Shown: positions 35,266 to 45,179 of the stretch, piece after piece | How positions within the stretch are numbered: position 1 is the first letter of the stretch | Layout of the letters: each line of letters begins with the position of its first letter | Assembly (NCBI GenBank): GCA_050945315.1 | Contig: JBMNSS010000003.1 | Coordinates: 1 to 50,440, forward strand | Direction of reading: 5' to 3' | DNA length: 50,440 bases | From: Limnochordia bacterium | Lineage (GTDB): Bacteria; Bacillota; Limnochordia; DTU080 | Position numbers and translations under genes: made by a program | The notes under the pieces: model-generated | The model's database searches: none | Told to the model about the DNA's origin: nothing | Seen by the model: the letters and a program-made list of their open reading frames with translations, nothing else

Positions 35266-35472
35266 ATGTCGGTTATCAAGGTCATTGAGTTGGTGGGACA
35301 ATCGGATACATCGTGGGAGGATGCCGTACGCCAAGCCATCAAAGCTGCGGCCAAGACAGTTCGCAACATCCGAGGAGTCGAGGTGCTGAATTTCACGGCT
35401 CAGACGAATGAAAACGGGGATATCTCCAGCTATAGAGCCAATGTGCATCTGGCGTTTGAGGTTGAGCGCTGA
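35266..35472 (+). CDS. Dodecin family flavin-binding protein
   Basis: MSVIKVIELVG.S..SWEDA...AI..A.KTVRNI ... YRANV.LAF; SD AAAGGGGG. Confidence 0.92.
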   Translation: MSVIKVIELVGQSDTSWEDAVRQAIKAAAKTVRNIRGVEVLNFTAQTNENGDISSYRANVHLAFEVER

Positions 35473-35552
35473 AAGGCCGGGTATACCAGCCGAATAAGAG
35501 GGCACGATAGGGTTATCAAGCATAAGATAGCTTGAGCTGGAGGTGATTACCC

Positions 35553-35885
35553 GTGGACTGGCTGGGAGCAGTTGTGCGATTCGTCGTCTCGGCTCTGGTC
35601 CTCATGCTTGTCGGGTTGATTGTGCCGGGATTTCAGATCATGGGTTTTGGGAACGCATTGTTGGCGGCCTTGGTCATCGCTGCCGTGGGGTGGCTGATTG
35701 AGGCGACGATGGGTAAACGTGTATCGCCGTACAGCAGAGGCGTGGTCGGCTTTCTCGTGTCCGCAGTTGTCATTTGGGCGACACAGTTTGTTGTCCCAAG
35801 CATGGAGGTCGGGATATTGGGAGCCCTTCTGGCGGCCTTCGTGATCGGGATCATTGACCTTTTCGTTCCGACCACAGTTCGATAG
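35553..35885 (+). CDS. Four-TM phage-holin-family membrane protein (YvlD-like, chromosomal)
   Basis: VVRFVVSALVL...VPGF.I.GF.NALLAALVIA ... GALLAAFVIGIID; SD GGAGGTGA. Confidence 0.85.
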   Translation: MDWLGAVVRFVVSALVLMLVGLIVPGFQIMGFGNALLAALVIAAVGWLIEATMGKRVSPYSRGVVGFLVSAVVIWATQFVVPSMEVGILGALLAAFVIGIIDLFVPTTVR

Positions 35886-35942
35886 TGGTAGATTGCGACC
35901 CAGGTCCGGCAGAGGCCTGGGTCTTAGTTTGGGGGCTTCGGT

Positions 35943-37388
35943 GTGCGGCTTTCTCGGAAACTTTGTGAAAATCTGGATCTTCTTAAGGATCAATTGGGCG
36001 TAGGCATCACCTTTGACGCGGTGGTTCGTGAGTTCGTCATTGCCGGCAAACCGGCGGCCATGATCTTTCTCGATGGCTTTATCAAGGATACGCTTACCGC
36101 AGATGTCATGCGGAGACTGCAGCGCGTGGAGCGCTCTGAGATCGTTCCCGGTATCGTTGAGAAACTAGTCACCGAACAGATCGCCCACGTTGAGGTGGAA
36201 ACGGTAGAAGCCACCGAGGATCTGGTCGACCAGGTGCTTGCCGGGCAGCTCGGTCTGTTGATTGACGGTGAGACCGAGGCCATTGTCCTCGACGTACGCA
36301 CCTATCCGATACGGAGCATTGAAGAACCCGAATTGGAGAGAGTCACCCGAGGTTCCCGGGACGGCTTTGTGGAGACTCTCGTTTTCAATACAGCGCTGAT
36401 ACGTCGACGAGTACGCGATTCGGGCCTGCGTTTTGAGCTCCTGCAAGTGGGGTCCCGCTCTAAGACTGACGTAGTCTTGGGTTACATAAGCGACATAGCT
36501 GATCCGGAACGGGTCAAAGGCTTAAAGGCACGGATCGAGGCCGTTGACATGGATGCTCTGGTCATGGGATCAAAAAGCCTCGAGGAGCTGCTGTTTCCCA
36601 GATCGCTAAACCCACTGCCGCAGGTCCGCTACACTGAAAGACCTGATGTGGCCGCGGCCCACCTGTACGAAGGGCACATAATCATACTGACGGACACCAC
36701 GCCGATGGCTATGATCGTCCCGGTCACGTTTTTTCATTTCACACAACATGCCGAGGAGTACTTCCAAGCCCCGGTGGTAGGGACATACCTACGTTGGGTG
36801 CGGACACTGGCCTTGTTTCTCGCCTTGTTTCTCACTCCGTTGTGGCTGAGCCTCTACAAACATAAAGCAGCCCTGCCGGAGTTTCTGCAGTTTATCGGGC
36901 CCCGGGAAAGCTCGACGGTGCCTGTTGCCCTGCAGTTTTTTATTCTCGAAGTGGGTGTGGATCTGATCCGGATGGCTTTGATTCACACCCCGGGGTCACT
37001 GGCGACTTCACTGGGTATTGTCGGGGCCATTCTTCTGGGCGATCTGGCCGTCGAAGTGGGGCTGTTCGTTCCTGAGACCATCTTGTACACGGCGGTTATG
37101 GCCATTTGCTATTTCGCCATACCGAGCATAGAGTTTGCCCTGGCCATCCGCACCTTCCGCTATCTGCTCCTTCTGGCGGTCACGCTGTTTGGATTTCCCG
37201 GTCTGCTTGTCGGGGCGGTTGGTGTCTTCTTGGTTATCGCCCAGACAGACTCACTGGGTGTCCCTTACATGTGGCCTCTGGCGCCTTTTGCGAGCGGGCC
37301 GTTCTTTCGCCTTATCATGCGTTACCCTGTTCCGCAGGTGCGCTATCGACCAGTCTTTGCCGGAGGCAAAGACAAAGATGTGAGATGA
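35943..37388 (+). CDS. spoVAF: Spore germination protein, GerA/SpoVAF family
   Basis: R.IEEPELE.V.RGSRDGFVETLVFNTALIRRR, SKTDV, P.VRYTERPDVAAAHL.EG, Q.AEEY.Q.P.VGTYLRWVR; adjacent to lysA as in B. subtilis. Confidence 0.88.
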   Translation: MRLSRKLCENLDLLKDQLGVGITFDAVVREFVIAGKPAAMIFLDGFIKDTLTADVMRRLQRVERSEIVPGIVEKLVTEQIAHVEVETVEATEDLVDQVLAGQLGLLIDGETEAIVLDVRTYPIRSIEEPELERVTRGSRDGFVETLVFNTALIRRRVRDSGLRFELLQVGSRSKTDVVLGYISDIADPERVKGLKARIEAVDMDALVMGSKSLEELLFPRSLNPLPQVRYTERPDVAAAHLYEGHIIILTDTTPMAMIVPVTFFHFTQHAEEYFQAPVVGTYLRWVRTLALFLALFLTPLWLSLYKHKAALPEFLQFIGPRESSTVPVALQFFILEVGVDLIRMALIHTPGSLATSLGIVGAILLGDLAVEVGLFVPETILYTAVMAICYFAIPSIEFALAIRTFRYLLLLAVTLFGFPGLLVGAVGVFLVIAQTDSLGVPYMWPLAPFASGPFFRLIMRYPVPQVRYRPVFAGGKDKDVR

Positions 37389-37496
37389 TCTCGACGTAAG
37401 TTGTGTCCGGCTGACTGATCGGGAAGCATTGATCCCTCACAAGGGCTGTGCTAGGATGAGAAGGCATAGCCTCTTGCTCATTTTGGAGGGAATAAC

Positions 37497-38858
37497 TTGC
37501 ATCTGCGAGGAAGCATGCGTATTAACGACAGTGGACATCTCGAAATAGGCGGATGTGACACCGTCGATTTGGCGCGCCGTTTTGGCACCCCGTTGTATGT
37601 CTTTGATGAACAAGAGATTCGCCGTCGCTGCCGGTCCTATGTCGGAGCGCTCGGGCGTCACTACCCAAATGGCAACATCATCTATGCGGGCAAAGCCTTT
37701 CTCACTCAAGCCATGTGTCGAATCATTCAAGATGAGGGATTGTGTCTTGATGTGGTATCCGGAGGAGAGCTTTTCACGGCTCTTTCGGCCGGTTTTCCGC
37801 CCGAACGTGTTTTCTTCCATGGCAACAACAAGTCTCACGAAGAGATCGCCTATGGCATCGAAGCCGGAGTGCATCGCTTTATAGTCGACAATCATTACGA
37901 ACTGGAGATGCTCAACGAAGAGGCAGCCAGGGTCGGCACTACGGTCAACGTGTTGGTTCGGGTCGCCCCCGGAGTGGAAGTTGACACTCACTCCTATATG
38001 CGTACGGGACAAATCGACTCGAAGTTTGGCTTTGGAATCGATGACGGACGGGCTGCGGAGGCGCTCAGAGCCATACGGCAGAGCTCTCATCTACGCTTGC
38101 GCGGGCTCCATGCTCATATCGGTTCCCAGATTTTTGAACTTGAGTCCTATGCATTGACGACGCGTCTTATGGTTGAGTTCATTGATCGGCTGCGCACTCA
38201 TGGCGGAGTGAATATCGAAGAGCTGAACATGGGCGGAGGATTGGGCATACGTTACTCCGCCGAAGACACCCCCTCCACGATAGAAGCTTTCGTGGAGACA
38301 ATCTCCGGCGCTTTGAGGGCGGAATGTCGCAGCAGAGACCTGCCGTTGCCGAGACTTTTTTTGGAGCCCGGCAGATCGATCGTCGGGGAGGCGGGTACGA
38401 CTCTTTACACCATCGGTGGATCGAAGGAGATTCCGGGTCTACGCAAGTATGTATTTGTAGACGGCGGCATGGCAGACAATCCTCGGGTTGCTCTCTATCA
38501 AGCCGAGTATGAAGCCATGGTTGCAAACAAGGCACGGCATGCACCGAGTGATCCGGTTACCGTGGCGGGCAAATGCTGTGAGTCCGGAGATATACTCATC
38601 TGGGACATCAACCTGCCTCCCTGTTCTCCCGGGGATCTTCTCGCAGTCTTTGCCACGGGTGCGTACAACTACAGCATGGCCAGCAACTACAATCGGTTGA
38701 CGCGACCGGCGGCCGTCCTAGTCTGCAACGGAGAAGCGAATCTCATCATCCGGCGCGAGAGCTTCCGTGACTTGGTGCAGTACGATATTATCCCTGAGCG
38801 GTTGCGTCGCCGGGCGACAGACTGTCATGGACTATCAGATACGTCTCTCCGCATTTGA
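37497..38858 (+). CDS. lysA: Diaminopimelate decarboxylase
   Basis: FGTPLYV.DE, YAGKAF, DSKFG, HAHIGSQ, EPGRSIVG, GKCCESGD, GAYNYSMASNYN. Confidence 0.96.
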   Translation: MHLRGSMRINDSGHLEIGGCDTVDLARRFGTPLYVFDEQEIRRRCRSYVGALGRHYPNGNIIYAGKAFLTQAMCRIIQDEGLCLDVVSGGELFTALSAGFPPERVFFHGNNKSHEEIAYGIEAGVHRFIVDNHYELEMLNEEAARVGTTVNVLVRVAPGVEVDTHSYMRTGQIDSKFGFGIDDGRAAEALRAIRQSSHLRLRGLHAHIGSQIFELESYALTTRLMVEFIDRLRTHGGVNIEELNMGGGLGIRYSAEDTPSTIEAFVETISGALRAECRSRDLPLPRLFLEPGRSIVGEAGTTLYTIGGSKEIPGLRKYVFVDGGMADNPRVALYQAEYEAMVANKARHAPSDPVTVAGKCCESGDILIWDINLPPCSPGDLLAVFATGAYNYSMASNYNRLTRPAAVLVCNGEANLIIRRESFRDLVQYDIIPERLRRRATDCHGLSDTSLRI

Positions 38859-39567
38859 GGGTCCCTTTGATCTTCTGTTCCACTTGATTGAACAGGAAAA
38901 GGTCGATATCTGGGACATCCCTATTGCTCGGATCACCGAGCAGTATTTGGAATATTTGGCGAGCGTTGATGAGCTCGACTTGGAATCGGCAGGCGAGTAT
39001 CTTGTCATGGCGGCTACTCTGTTAGCCATCAAGGCGCGCCTGCTTCTGCCCCAGCCTGCGTGCGAGTCTGAAGAAGAGTGTGAAGAGGTTGATCCCCGGC
39101 ACGAGCTGGTCAATCGCCTCCTCGTCTATCGGCAATTTCGCGAGGCGGCTGCCGTATTGGCGGATTTGAGAGCCGGGCGACATCTTCTGTACCCTCGGGG
39201 ACAAACGCCGCACCCCGATTGGAGTCAGCCGCGTTTTACCCGCCCCGTCGGTGAGGCGACCGTGGAGGATCTACGGCGAGCGATGCACGAGGTACTCCAG
39301 GCCTATAGACCGCCGCCGGCGACAGCTGCCATCCCGCGTCGGGCAATCACCGTTGAAGGGTGTATCAAACGCATCGAAAAGGCGATTCGGGAGAGTTCAC
39401 TGTGTTCGTTTCGTTACTTGTTGCCCGCCGCGCCAACGCGTCAGGATGTAATTGTCACCTTTTTGGCGCTTCTGGAGCTGATTCACAGGGACCTACTCCG
39501 TGTGGAGCAACCAGCGGCGTTTGCTCCCATAGAGATCTCCAGGAAACAAGGTGAGAACGATGCCTGA
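38827..39567 (+). CDS. scpA: Segregation and condensation protein A
   Basis: FEGPFDLL.HLI...VDIWDIPI..IT.QYL, YLVMAATL..IKAR.LLP, IVTFLALLEL. Confidence 0.95.
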   Translation: MDYQIRLSAFEGPFDLLFHLIEQEKVDIWDIPIARITEQYLEYLASVDELDLESAGEYLVMAATLLAIKARLLLPQPACESEEECEEVDPRHELVNRLLVYRQFREAAAVLADLRAGRHLLYPRGQTPHPDWSQPRFTRPVGEATVEDLRRAMHEVLQAYRPPPATAAIPRRAITVEGCIKRIEKAIRESSLCSFRYLLPAAPTRQDVIVTFLALLELIHRDLLRVEQPAAFAPIEISRKQGENDA

Positions 39568-40096
39568 AGCTCACGTTGTGGCCGGTTTGGAGGCTTTGCT
39601 TTTCGCCGGCAGTGAACCGGTGCCTGTGAACGAATTAGCACGCTTGTTGGACGTTGATACCTGCGTCGTCGGAGAGGCTTTGGAAGCCTTGCGCAAGGAT
39701 TATGCCGACCCGAGACGGGGTTTCATGCTTGATGAAGCGGCGGGAGGAGTGCGTCTGGTCAGCAAGCCCGCCTATGCCCACCTCATATCTGAGTTGTTGC
39801 GACCGGTACGCAGTTCAGGCCTATCACAGGCTGCGTTGGAGACCTTGTCCATAGTCAGCTACAGACAACCGGTGACACGTCTGGATATCGAGACTATTCG
39901 TGGAGTGCGGGCTGATTCGGCGCTCACCTCGCTCTTGGAGCGAGGTCTTATCGAAGAGGCCGGACGCAAAGAGGCGCCCGGGCGGCCGATTCTGTATAGG
40001 ACCACGAGACTCTTTCTGGTTGAGTTCGGCCTGGACAGCCTTGATGATCTACCGCCCCTTGAAGAACAGGATGAGGGCGCGTCTTCCGATTCGTAG
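39560..40096 (+). CDS. scpB: Segregation and condensation protein B
   Basis: LEALLF, LSQAALETL.IV.YRQPVTR..IE.IRGV, PGRPILY.TT..FL..FGL..L.DLP. Confidence 0.96.
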   Translation: MPEAHVVAGLEALLFAGSEPVPVNELARLLDVDTCVVGEALEALRKDYADPRRGFMLDEAAGGVRLVSKPAYAHLISELLRPVRSSGLSQAALETLSIVSYRQPVTRLDIETIRGVRADSALTSLLERGLIEEAGRKEAPGRPILYRTTRLFLVEFGLDSLDDLPPLEEQDEGASSDS

Positions 40097-40120
40097 AGCG
40101 AGAATGACTGGGGCATTCTA
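40091..40120 (+). promoter_or_regulatory. Putative sigmaF promoter of ytfI-gerW
   Basis: TCGTA-N15-GGGCATTCTA. Confidence 0.45.
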
Positions 40121-40131
40121 CCATTTGGGAG

Positions 40132-40848
40132 GTGAACCGTCCGGTGGTGGTTGCCCTCGTCGCGGCGCTCTTTGTATTGATTGTTCTCATACCTATTCGT
40201 CTGGAAACCCGTTTCAAGATCTCTGAGGCCCGCGTTCGTTTCGATCTCAGGTTTTCCGTGGCCGGTCTCATTAAGTGGCGAGTGAATGTTCCGCTGGGTC
40301 GGCTGGGGCGGGGCTTAGTCAGAGCGCGTGTCAGGTTGTCTCCGGGAAATCAAACGGCGCGGGTGACCGACGAGCTTAAGCCGGGGCTGCTCTCGCGCCA
40401 GCGCCGGACAGATAAGTCTCTCATACAGAGAATCTTGTCCGGTGTAGATGTGGTACACATGTTCTTTGGATCCGGTCCGCAGGACAATGCTGCCTTGGGA
40501 AGCGTGTGGCTGCGCCTCATTGTTGTGCCTTTTAGGATCATCAGTCCTCATTTTCGTTGCCTGGAGTTTAGCTGGCAGACCCGCATCGGAGTGGGAGATG
40601 CGGGTGCCACCGCTGTCTTGACGGGAGTCCTTTGGGCGTTGAAATGTGGCATCTTGGCTCACTTGGACAGACGTCTCATTCTGGTCCGTCGGCCCTATGT
40701 GGATGTTAAGCCCAGTTTCGGCGAGGCGGAACTGGACACGGAGCTGTTTTGCATATTCCAGCTGTCCGTCGGTCAGATTATGTGGCGAACCCTACGCGAC
40801 GCCGCACAACGTTGGCAACGAAAAGAGGCTGGAATCTATGGAGGGTAA
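40132..40848 (+). CDS. ytfI: DUF2953 domain protein (YtfI-like)
   Basis: W.T.IG.GDA..TAVLTG.LW.LK and V.P.F motifs; directly upstream of ytfJ/gerW. Confidence 0.82.
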   Translation: MNRPVVVALVAALFVLIVLIPIRLETRFKISEARVRFDLRFSVAGLIKWRVNVPLGRLGRGLVRARVRLSPGNQTARVTDELKPGLLSRQRRTDKSLIQRILSGVDVVHMFFGSGPQDNAALGSVWLRLIVVPFRIISPHFRCLEFSWQTRIGVGDAGATAVLTGVLWALKCGILAHLDRRLILVRRPYVDVKPSFGEAELDTELFCIFQLSVGQIMWRTLRDAAQRWQRKEAGIYGG

Positions 40849-41269
40849 ACATCCCATCGAAGGTCTGATGCAGACCGCAATGGAGAGCATCAAGGAGATG
40901 GTGGATGTCAACACCATCTTGGGTGATCCGGTAGAGACTCCGGACGGTAGCGTGATTGTGCCGGTTTCTCGCGTGAGTCTGGGTTTTGCTGCCGGCGGCA
41001 CGGAATATGAAGTAGAGGAAAAAAAGGAGCAAAAGGATTTTCCTTTCGGTGGAGGCACGGGTGCGGGGATCTCTGTGAATCCCGTGGCCTTTCTTGTCGT
41101 GGGTCAAGGCCAAATCCGCCTGATGCCCGTAGACGGTAATGCGACCATTGACCGGCTGTTGGACATGGCCCCTCGCATGTTCGAGCAATTCCAGGGTCTG
41201 CTGCGAGGTGGCAAGAACGGACGCACGAAGGTGGCCACTGAAGTTCAAGGTATTGATATAGAGCTCTAG
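40838..41269 (+). CDS. gerW: GerW/YtfJ family sporulation protein
   Basis: HPIEGLM.TAMESIKEMVDVNTI.GDPVETPDG..I.PVS.VS.GFAAGG.E, PFGGG.GAG.SV.PVAFLVV. Confidence 0.94.
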   Translation: MEGKHPIEGLMQTAMESIKEMVDVNTILGDPVETPDGSVIVPVSRVSLGFAAGGTEYEVEEKKEQKDFPFGGGTGAGISVNPVAFLVVGQGQIRLMPVDGNATIDRLLDMAPRMFEQFQGLLRGGKNGRTKVATEVQGIDIEL

Positions 41270-41325
41270 AATGCAGGTACGCCACCATGGTGTGGCGTAT
41301 CTTGTTTTCCAGGGTGAAAGCCGCC

Positions 41326-42066
41326 ATGGAAAGACAACGGCTTCAGAAAGTCCTGGCCGCCAGGGGTGTCGCTTCGCGTCGCCGTGCAGAAGAGATGATT
41401 CGGCAAGGCCGAGTGTGTGTCAACGGTCAAGTGATAACGCAGATGGGCTTCAGAGTAGATCCGAGAACGGACCGCATCAGTGTCGACGGGATTCCGATAC
41501 AAGGATCGTCGCGGTTGGTCTATCTTGCTTTGAACAAACCCGTGGGCGTCATCAGCTCCGCACGCGATCCGCGAGGAAGAAAGACAGTCGTCGACTTGAT
41601 TACCGGAGTCTCTGAACGCATCTACCCCGTGGGACGCTTAGACGCAGATTCCGAAGGCTTGGTCTTGCTGACCAATGACGGGGAATTGGCTCTGCGTCTC
41701 ATGCATCCTCGATATGGGGTTAGCAAGCTATATCGGGTGTGGGTCAAATCCAAACCGTCCAAGCAGGTCCTGCAGGCGTTGGAAAACGGAGTCATGTTGA
41801 CTGACGGGCTTACCGCTCCGGCCCGGGTAAGACTTGGCACTAACGATGAGAACGGAACCCAATTGGAGATTGAACTGAGCGAGGGTCGCAACCGGCAGAT
41901 TCGCCGGATGTGTGAAGCCGTCGGTCATCCTGTTGTCCGCCTGCGCCGAGAGAAGATCGGCCCTTTGGCGCTGGGCTCTTTGCGAGAAGGACAGTGGCGT
42001 CGTTTGAGCGCGGCTGAGCTCCGATCGTTGCGACGAGCCGCAGGGTTGGAGCCGAACGGCGGGTAG
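41326..42066 (+). CDS. rluB: 23S rRNA pseudouridine synthase (RluB/RsuA family)
   Basis: S4 domain RLQKVLA..GVASRR.AE, LNKP.G, GRLD.DSEGL.LLTNDG, EGRNRQIRRM. Confidence 0.92.
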   Translation: MERQRLQKVLAARGVASRRRAEEMIRQGRVCVNGQVITQMGFRVDPRTDRISVDGIPIQGSSRLVYLALNKPVGVISSARDPRGRKTVVDLITGVSERIYPVGRLDADSEGLVLLTNDGELALRLMHPRYGVSKLYRVWVKSKPSKQVLQALENGVMLTDGLTAPARVRLGTNDENGTQLEIELSEGRNRQIRRMCEAVGHPVVRLRREKIGPLALGSLREGQWRRLSAAELRSLRRAAGLEPNGG

Positions 42067-42155
42067 CGAAGGCCTTTCTTGTTGGGCATTGGCGGCTGTG
42101 ATATAGTGATTCCAGGTGGGGTGGCCAGCCAGCGTGAATGCGAAGGAGTATATCG

Positions 42156-42578
42156 ATGCGTGCGACCCAGAGCAAGGATGTAGCCCGCGCCGCCATCTTG
42201 ATGGCACTGACCCGAGAGCGTGAAGAGGAAGACCGTCTGCAGGACGAACTGGGAAGGCAGGGTGTTAGAGCCGCTGCCGCCGACTATGGCGGTGAGTTTC
42301 TACCTGCCGTCCAGCGCATTATAGAGAGAGCCGTTGTGGCTGCCAGACGTGAAGGTGTTATCAAGGCCACTCATGCTGAAGAAGGAGCAGTGGCCGGAGC
42401 CACTCATGAGGCGGTGTCTCAGGTCTCGCGCAAGGCTTTGGGGCTTAATGTGGGCGGAAAGATCGGCATTGCCAGGCACGGTGAGCACATCGCCGTGGCT
42501 ATTTATCTTGGTGTCGGTCTGCTGCATTTAGATGATGTAGCCATTGGATTGGGGCATCGGGCCGTGCCATCATCGTAG
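42156..42578 (+). CDS. hutP: HutP family RNA-binding protein
   Basis: ERAVVAARREGVI...HAEEGAVAGATHEA, GLNVGGKIGIAR..EH.AVA.Y.GVGLLHL. Confidence 0.85.
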   Translation: MRATQSKDVARAAILMALTREREEEDRLQDELGRQGVRAAAADYGGEFLPAVQRIIERAVVAARREGVIKATHAEEGAVAGATHEAVSQVSRKALGLNVGGKIGIARHGEHIAVAIYLGVGLLHLDDVAIGLGHRAVPSS

Positions 42579-42594
42579 CGGGGGGTGGTTATGG

Positions 42595-42972
42595 ATGACT
42601 GTGGCGCGTGCACAGGCACTTCGCGGGGCCATTACAGTGGAGCGAAATGACGAAAAGCTCATCTTAGAGGCCACCAAAGAGATGCTCACAAAGCTTTGCG
42701 AGTGGAATGAGCTGGACTATGACGACATTATCAGTATTGTCTTTTCGTCAACTCAGGATTTGAATGCCGCCTATCCTGCGGTGGGTGCACGGCAGTTGGG
42801 TATGACCCAGGTGCCCCTGATGTGTGTTGCGGAACTTCCCGTTCCCGGGAGCTTGCCGCTTTGTATTCGTTGCCTCATGCACATTCACACGGCTAGACCC
42901 CGACATGAGCTTCGGCATGTGTATCTGCGTGAGGCTCGCCGCTTGCGCCCGGATTTAGTCAGAGAAGGATAA
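42595..42972 (+). CDS. aroH: Chorismate mutase, AroH class
   Basis: RGAITV..N..I..AT.E, F..T.DL.A.YPA..AR, E..VPGSLP.CIR, HVYL..A..LRPD. Confidence 0.94.
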   Translation: MTVARAQALRGAITVERNDEKLILEATKEMLTKLCEWNELDYDDIISIVFSSTQDLNAAYPAVGARQLGMTQVPLMCVAELPVPGSLPLCIRCLMHIHTARPRHELRHVYLREARRLRPDLVREG

Positions 42973-43010
42973 GAACCGGTAGATAACCCAGAGAGGAGAC
43001 GGAGGCTGCA

Positions 43011-44108
43011 GTGCGTATACCGTCGCATCGCCCGGCTATTGAGCGCATATCTCCTTATGTGCCGGGAAAGCCGATCGCCGAAGTCCAAGAAGAGTATGGT
43101 CTGGAAAACATAATCAAATTGGCTTCCAACGAAAACCCCCTGGGCCCGTCGCCCCTGGCGGTGGAAGCTCTCAAGAAAGCGATTAGCGGCGTACATATTT
43201 ATCCGGACGGAGCCGTTCGGGATCTTCGCAACGCTATCGCGATGAAGCACGGTGTCTCGCCGGATGAGGTTTTTGTGGGAAATGGCTCTGATGAGATCAT
43301 AAAGTTGCTGGCGGAGGCTTTTTTGCTTCCGGATGATGAAGTCGTGTTTGCGGATGTGACATTCTCGGAGTACGCATATGCGACACGCCTGATGGGTGCT
43401 CGAGAAGTCGTGGTACCGGTTCGGGAGGAGACCCACGATCTGGCGGCGATGGCTGAGCGGATCACGGAGCGGACCAAAATCGTCTTCATATGCAATCCGA
43501 ACAACCCGACCGGCACATACGTGACCGGCGATGCAGTCGATGCTTTTCTCGAGAGAGTCCCCGAGGGCGTCTTGGCGGTCTTGGATGAAGCCTATGTTGA
43601 ATACGTCGATGCACCGGATTTTCCCGATGCCATCGATCTGGTGCGCCAAGGCCGGCTTGTGGCCACGATGCGCACGTTTTCGAAGATCTACGGGCTGGCT
43701 GGCCTTAGAGTAGGTTACATCATCGCTCCGCGGGATGTCGTCGCCTTGCTCAATCGGGTCAAAGAACCCTTCAATGTCAACTTGTTGGCTCAAGTGGCGG
43801 CTTTAGCTGCTTTGAACGACGCAGAGCATCTGATGCGCAGCCGTGAGACAAACAGCAAAGGCAAGACTTATCTTGGAGCAGCATTCACGGAAATGGGCTT
43901 GCGGTATTACGCGACTCAGGCCAACTTCATCTTCGTTGATATCGGCCAGCCGTGCCGGCCGGTGTACGAGAGTCTGTTGCAGGAGGGAGTGATAGTGAGA
44001 ACCGGCGATATTTTCGACAGACCTACTTTCTTGCGGGTGACTATTGGTACACAGCAGGAGAACGAGCGGTTTATCAAGGCTTTACGCCGGGCCTTGACCG
44101 CAGGCTGA
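43011..44108 (+). CDS. hisC: Histidinol-phosphate / aromatic aminotransferase
   Basis: YVPGKP, KLASNENPLG, GNGSDE, NPNNPTG, DEAY, RTFSKIYGLAGLRVGY. Confidence 0.93.
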   Translation: MRIPSHRPAIERISPYVPGKPIAEVQEEYGLENIIKLASNENPLGPSPLAVEALKKAISGVHIYPDGAVRDLRNAIAMKHGVSPDEVFVGNGSDEIIKLLAEAFLLPDDEVVFADVTFSEYAYATRLMGAREVVVPVREETHDLAAMAERITERTKIVFICNPNNPTGTYVTGDAVDAFLERVPEGVLAVLDEAYVEYVDAPDFPDAIDLVRQGRLVATMRTFSKIYGLAGLRVGYIIAPRDVVALLNRVKEPFNVNLLAQVAALAALNDAEHLMRSRETNSKGKTYLGAAFTEMGLRYYATQANFIFVDIGQPCRPVYESLLQEGVIVRTGDIFDRPTFLRVTIGTQQENERFIKALRRALTAG

Positions 44109-44165
44109 CAAGTATAAACCAGGGCGCTGATAAGCAGGGTAGCATGGTAGAATGGAGGGCGCACC

Positions 44166-45179
44166 ATGGTTGTGGTTATGCAAAAGACCGCCTCGCAAGA
44201 GGAATTGGAAGCGGTCGTCAATCGATTGCGGGATTTGGGGTTTACTACGCACGTCTCGCGTGGTGTGGAACGTACAATCATAGGAGCGGTCGGCGAGAAG
44301 ACAACGGACCAGTTGCAGCGGCTTGAGGCCATGCCGGCGGTCGAGAAGATCGTTCCCATCCTTCAACCTTTCAAGCTGGCCGGCCGGGAGTTTCAGCCCG
44401 AGACCAGCCAAGTGCGGGTAGGCAACGTAGTGTTCGGAGGCCAGACGGTCCCGGTGATAGCAGGTCCGTGTGCCGTGGAGAATGAGAGACAGCTGTTGGA
44501 GACCGCTGATCATGTAACAAGAGCCGGAGCATCCATGTTGCGGGGAGGAGCTTTCAAGCCCCGTACATCACCCTACACGTTTCAGGGGCTGGAAGAAGAG
44601 GGTCTGCGTCTGTTGGCCGAGGCCCGAAGGCGCACCGGCTTGCCGGTGGTCACCGAGGTGGTGAATCCGCGGGATGTAGAGACCGTGGTACAGTACGCGG
44701 ACATGCTACAGATAGGTGCCCGCAATATGCAGAATTACACGTTGCTCAAGGAAGTGGGCATGTCAAGACGGCCGGTACTGGTGAAGCGTGGCTTGTCGGC
44801 AACGGTTGAAGAGTGGTTGATGGCCGCTGAGTACATTATGTTGGCCGGGAATGAGGATGTCGTTTTGTGCGAGCGTGGTATTCGCACGTATGAGACCCAG
44901 ACACGCAACACCCTGGATATGAGTGCAGTGGTTGCCATTCAAGAGCTTTCGCATCTTCCGGTCGTGGTAGACCCGTCTCACGGTACGGGCAGATGGAGAT
45001 ATGTGACGCCAATGGCTCTGGCAGCGGTGGCCGCCGGAGCAGACGGCCTGATGGTCGAGGTTCACCGCCGTCCGGAGGAGGCATTGTCAGACGGACCGCA
45101 AAGCTTGCGGCCGGAAGTCTTTGCCCGCCTGATGGAGCGGTTGGCTCCGGTGGCTGAAGCTGTGGGGCGACGACTATGA
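44166..45179 (+). CDS. aroF: DAHP synthase, type I-beta with N-terminal regulatory domain
   Basis: IAGPCAVE, RGGAFKPRTSPY.FQG, QIGARNMQN, CERGIRT, DPSH. Confidence 0.95.
   Translation: MVVVMQKTASQEELEAVVNRLRDLGFTTHVSRGVERTIIGAVGEKTTDQLQRLEAMPAVEKIVPILQPFKLAGREFQPETSQVRVGNVVFGGQTVPVIAGPCAVENERQLLETADHVTRAGASMLRGGAFKPRTSPYTFQGLEEEGLRLLAEARRRTGLPVVTEVVNPRDVETVVQYADMLQIGARNMQNYTLLKEVGMSRRPVLVKRGLSATVEEWLMAAEYIMLAGNEDVVLCERGIRTYETQTRNTLDMSAVVAIQELSHLPVVVDPSHGTGRWRYVTPMALAAVAAGADGLMVEVHRRPEEALSDGPQSLRPEVFARLMERLAPVAEAVGRRL

Noticed and set aside
35553-35885. Prophage inferred from the holin-family gene
   Set aside because: YvlD-like four-TM proteins are common chromosomal genes and no other phage genes are present.
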